A DNA stretch of 5,623 nucleotides from a virus (lineage: Duplodnaviria > Heunggongvirae > Uroviricota > Caudoviricetes). The DNA lies in the IMG/VR virus record IMGVR_UViG_2690316175_000007. One strand, written 5' to 3'. Shown in pieces: positions 5,580-5,623 of the stretch; within the stretch, counting starts at the first letter, position 1, and each line of letters begins with the position of its first letter. The position numbers and the translations under genes are program-made. Under the pieces are notes generated by a model. That model was not told where the DNA came from. It ran no database searches and saw only the letters and a list, made by a program, of their open reading frames with translations.

Positions 5580-5623
5580 GGTAATGACTCCAACTTATTG
5601 ATAGTGTTTTATGTTCAGATAAT
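5580..5623 (-). mobile_element. IS1 insertion sequence, terminal 44 bp (right inverted-repeat end; element continues beyond the window, transposase genes on the - strand)
   Basis: GGTAATGACTCCAACTTATTGATAGTGTTTTATGTTCAGATAAT matches the reverse complement of the IS1 right end (…ATTATCTGAACATAAAACACTATCAATAAGTTGGAGTCATTACC) as I recall it. Confidence 0.9.

Noticed and set aside
1-5623. Diversity-generating retroelement acting on the tail-fibre C-termini
   Set aside because: There is no reverse-transcriptase ORF and no template/variable repeat pair with adenine-specific differences. The tail-fibre variation is explained by the invertible-segment architecture.
1-5623. CRISPR array or other short tandem direct repeats
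   Set aside because: No regularly spaced short repeats are present. The only repeats are the tfa 3' remnants and the inverted tail-fibre modules.

Overview
This window looks like a decayed enterobacterial (E. coli/Shigella-type) prophage tail-fibre region, read from a draft assembly with two N-gaps. Positions 1-2363 are the right-hand part of a Gin/Pin/Hin-type invertible host-range segment: an expressed-orientation side-tail-fibre C-terminus and tail fibre assembly gene (tfa) on the + strand, and a convergent silent tfa' and tail-fibre cassette on the - strand. The segment ends at a 26-bp gix/pix-like crossover site (2338-2363). The adjacent pin invertase gene (from 2418) is a pseudogene: it has two in-frame TGA stops and is fused in frame to a tfa 3' fragment. 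Downstream lie a convergent class I SAM-dependent methyltransferase with its own promoter-like signal, bracketed by direct repeats of tfa 3' ends; a small unknown ORF; a Rha-family regulator on the - strand with a perfect 10-bp inverted repeat in its leader; and an AT-rich region with a short ORF that runs into the terminal inverted repeat of an IS1 element at the window edge. No rRNA, tRNA or CRISPR was found. Family assignments rest on motifs and on sequences recalled from memory (Pin protein, gix site, IS1 end); no database search was run.
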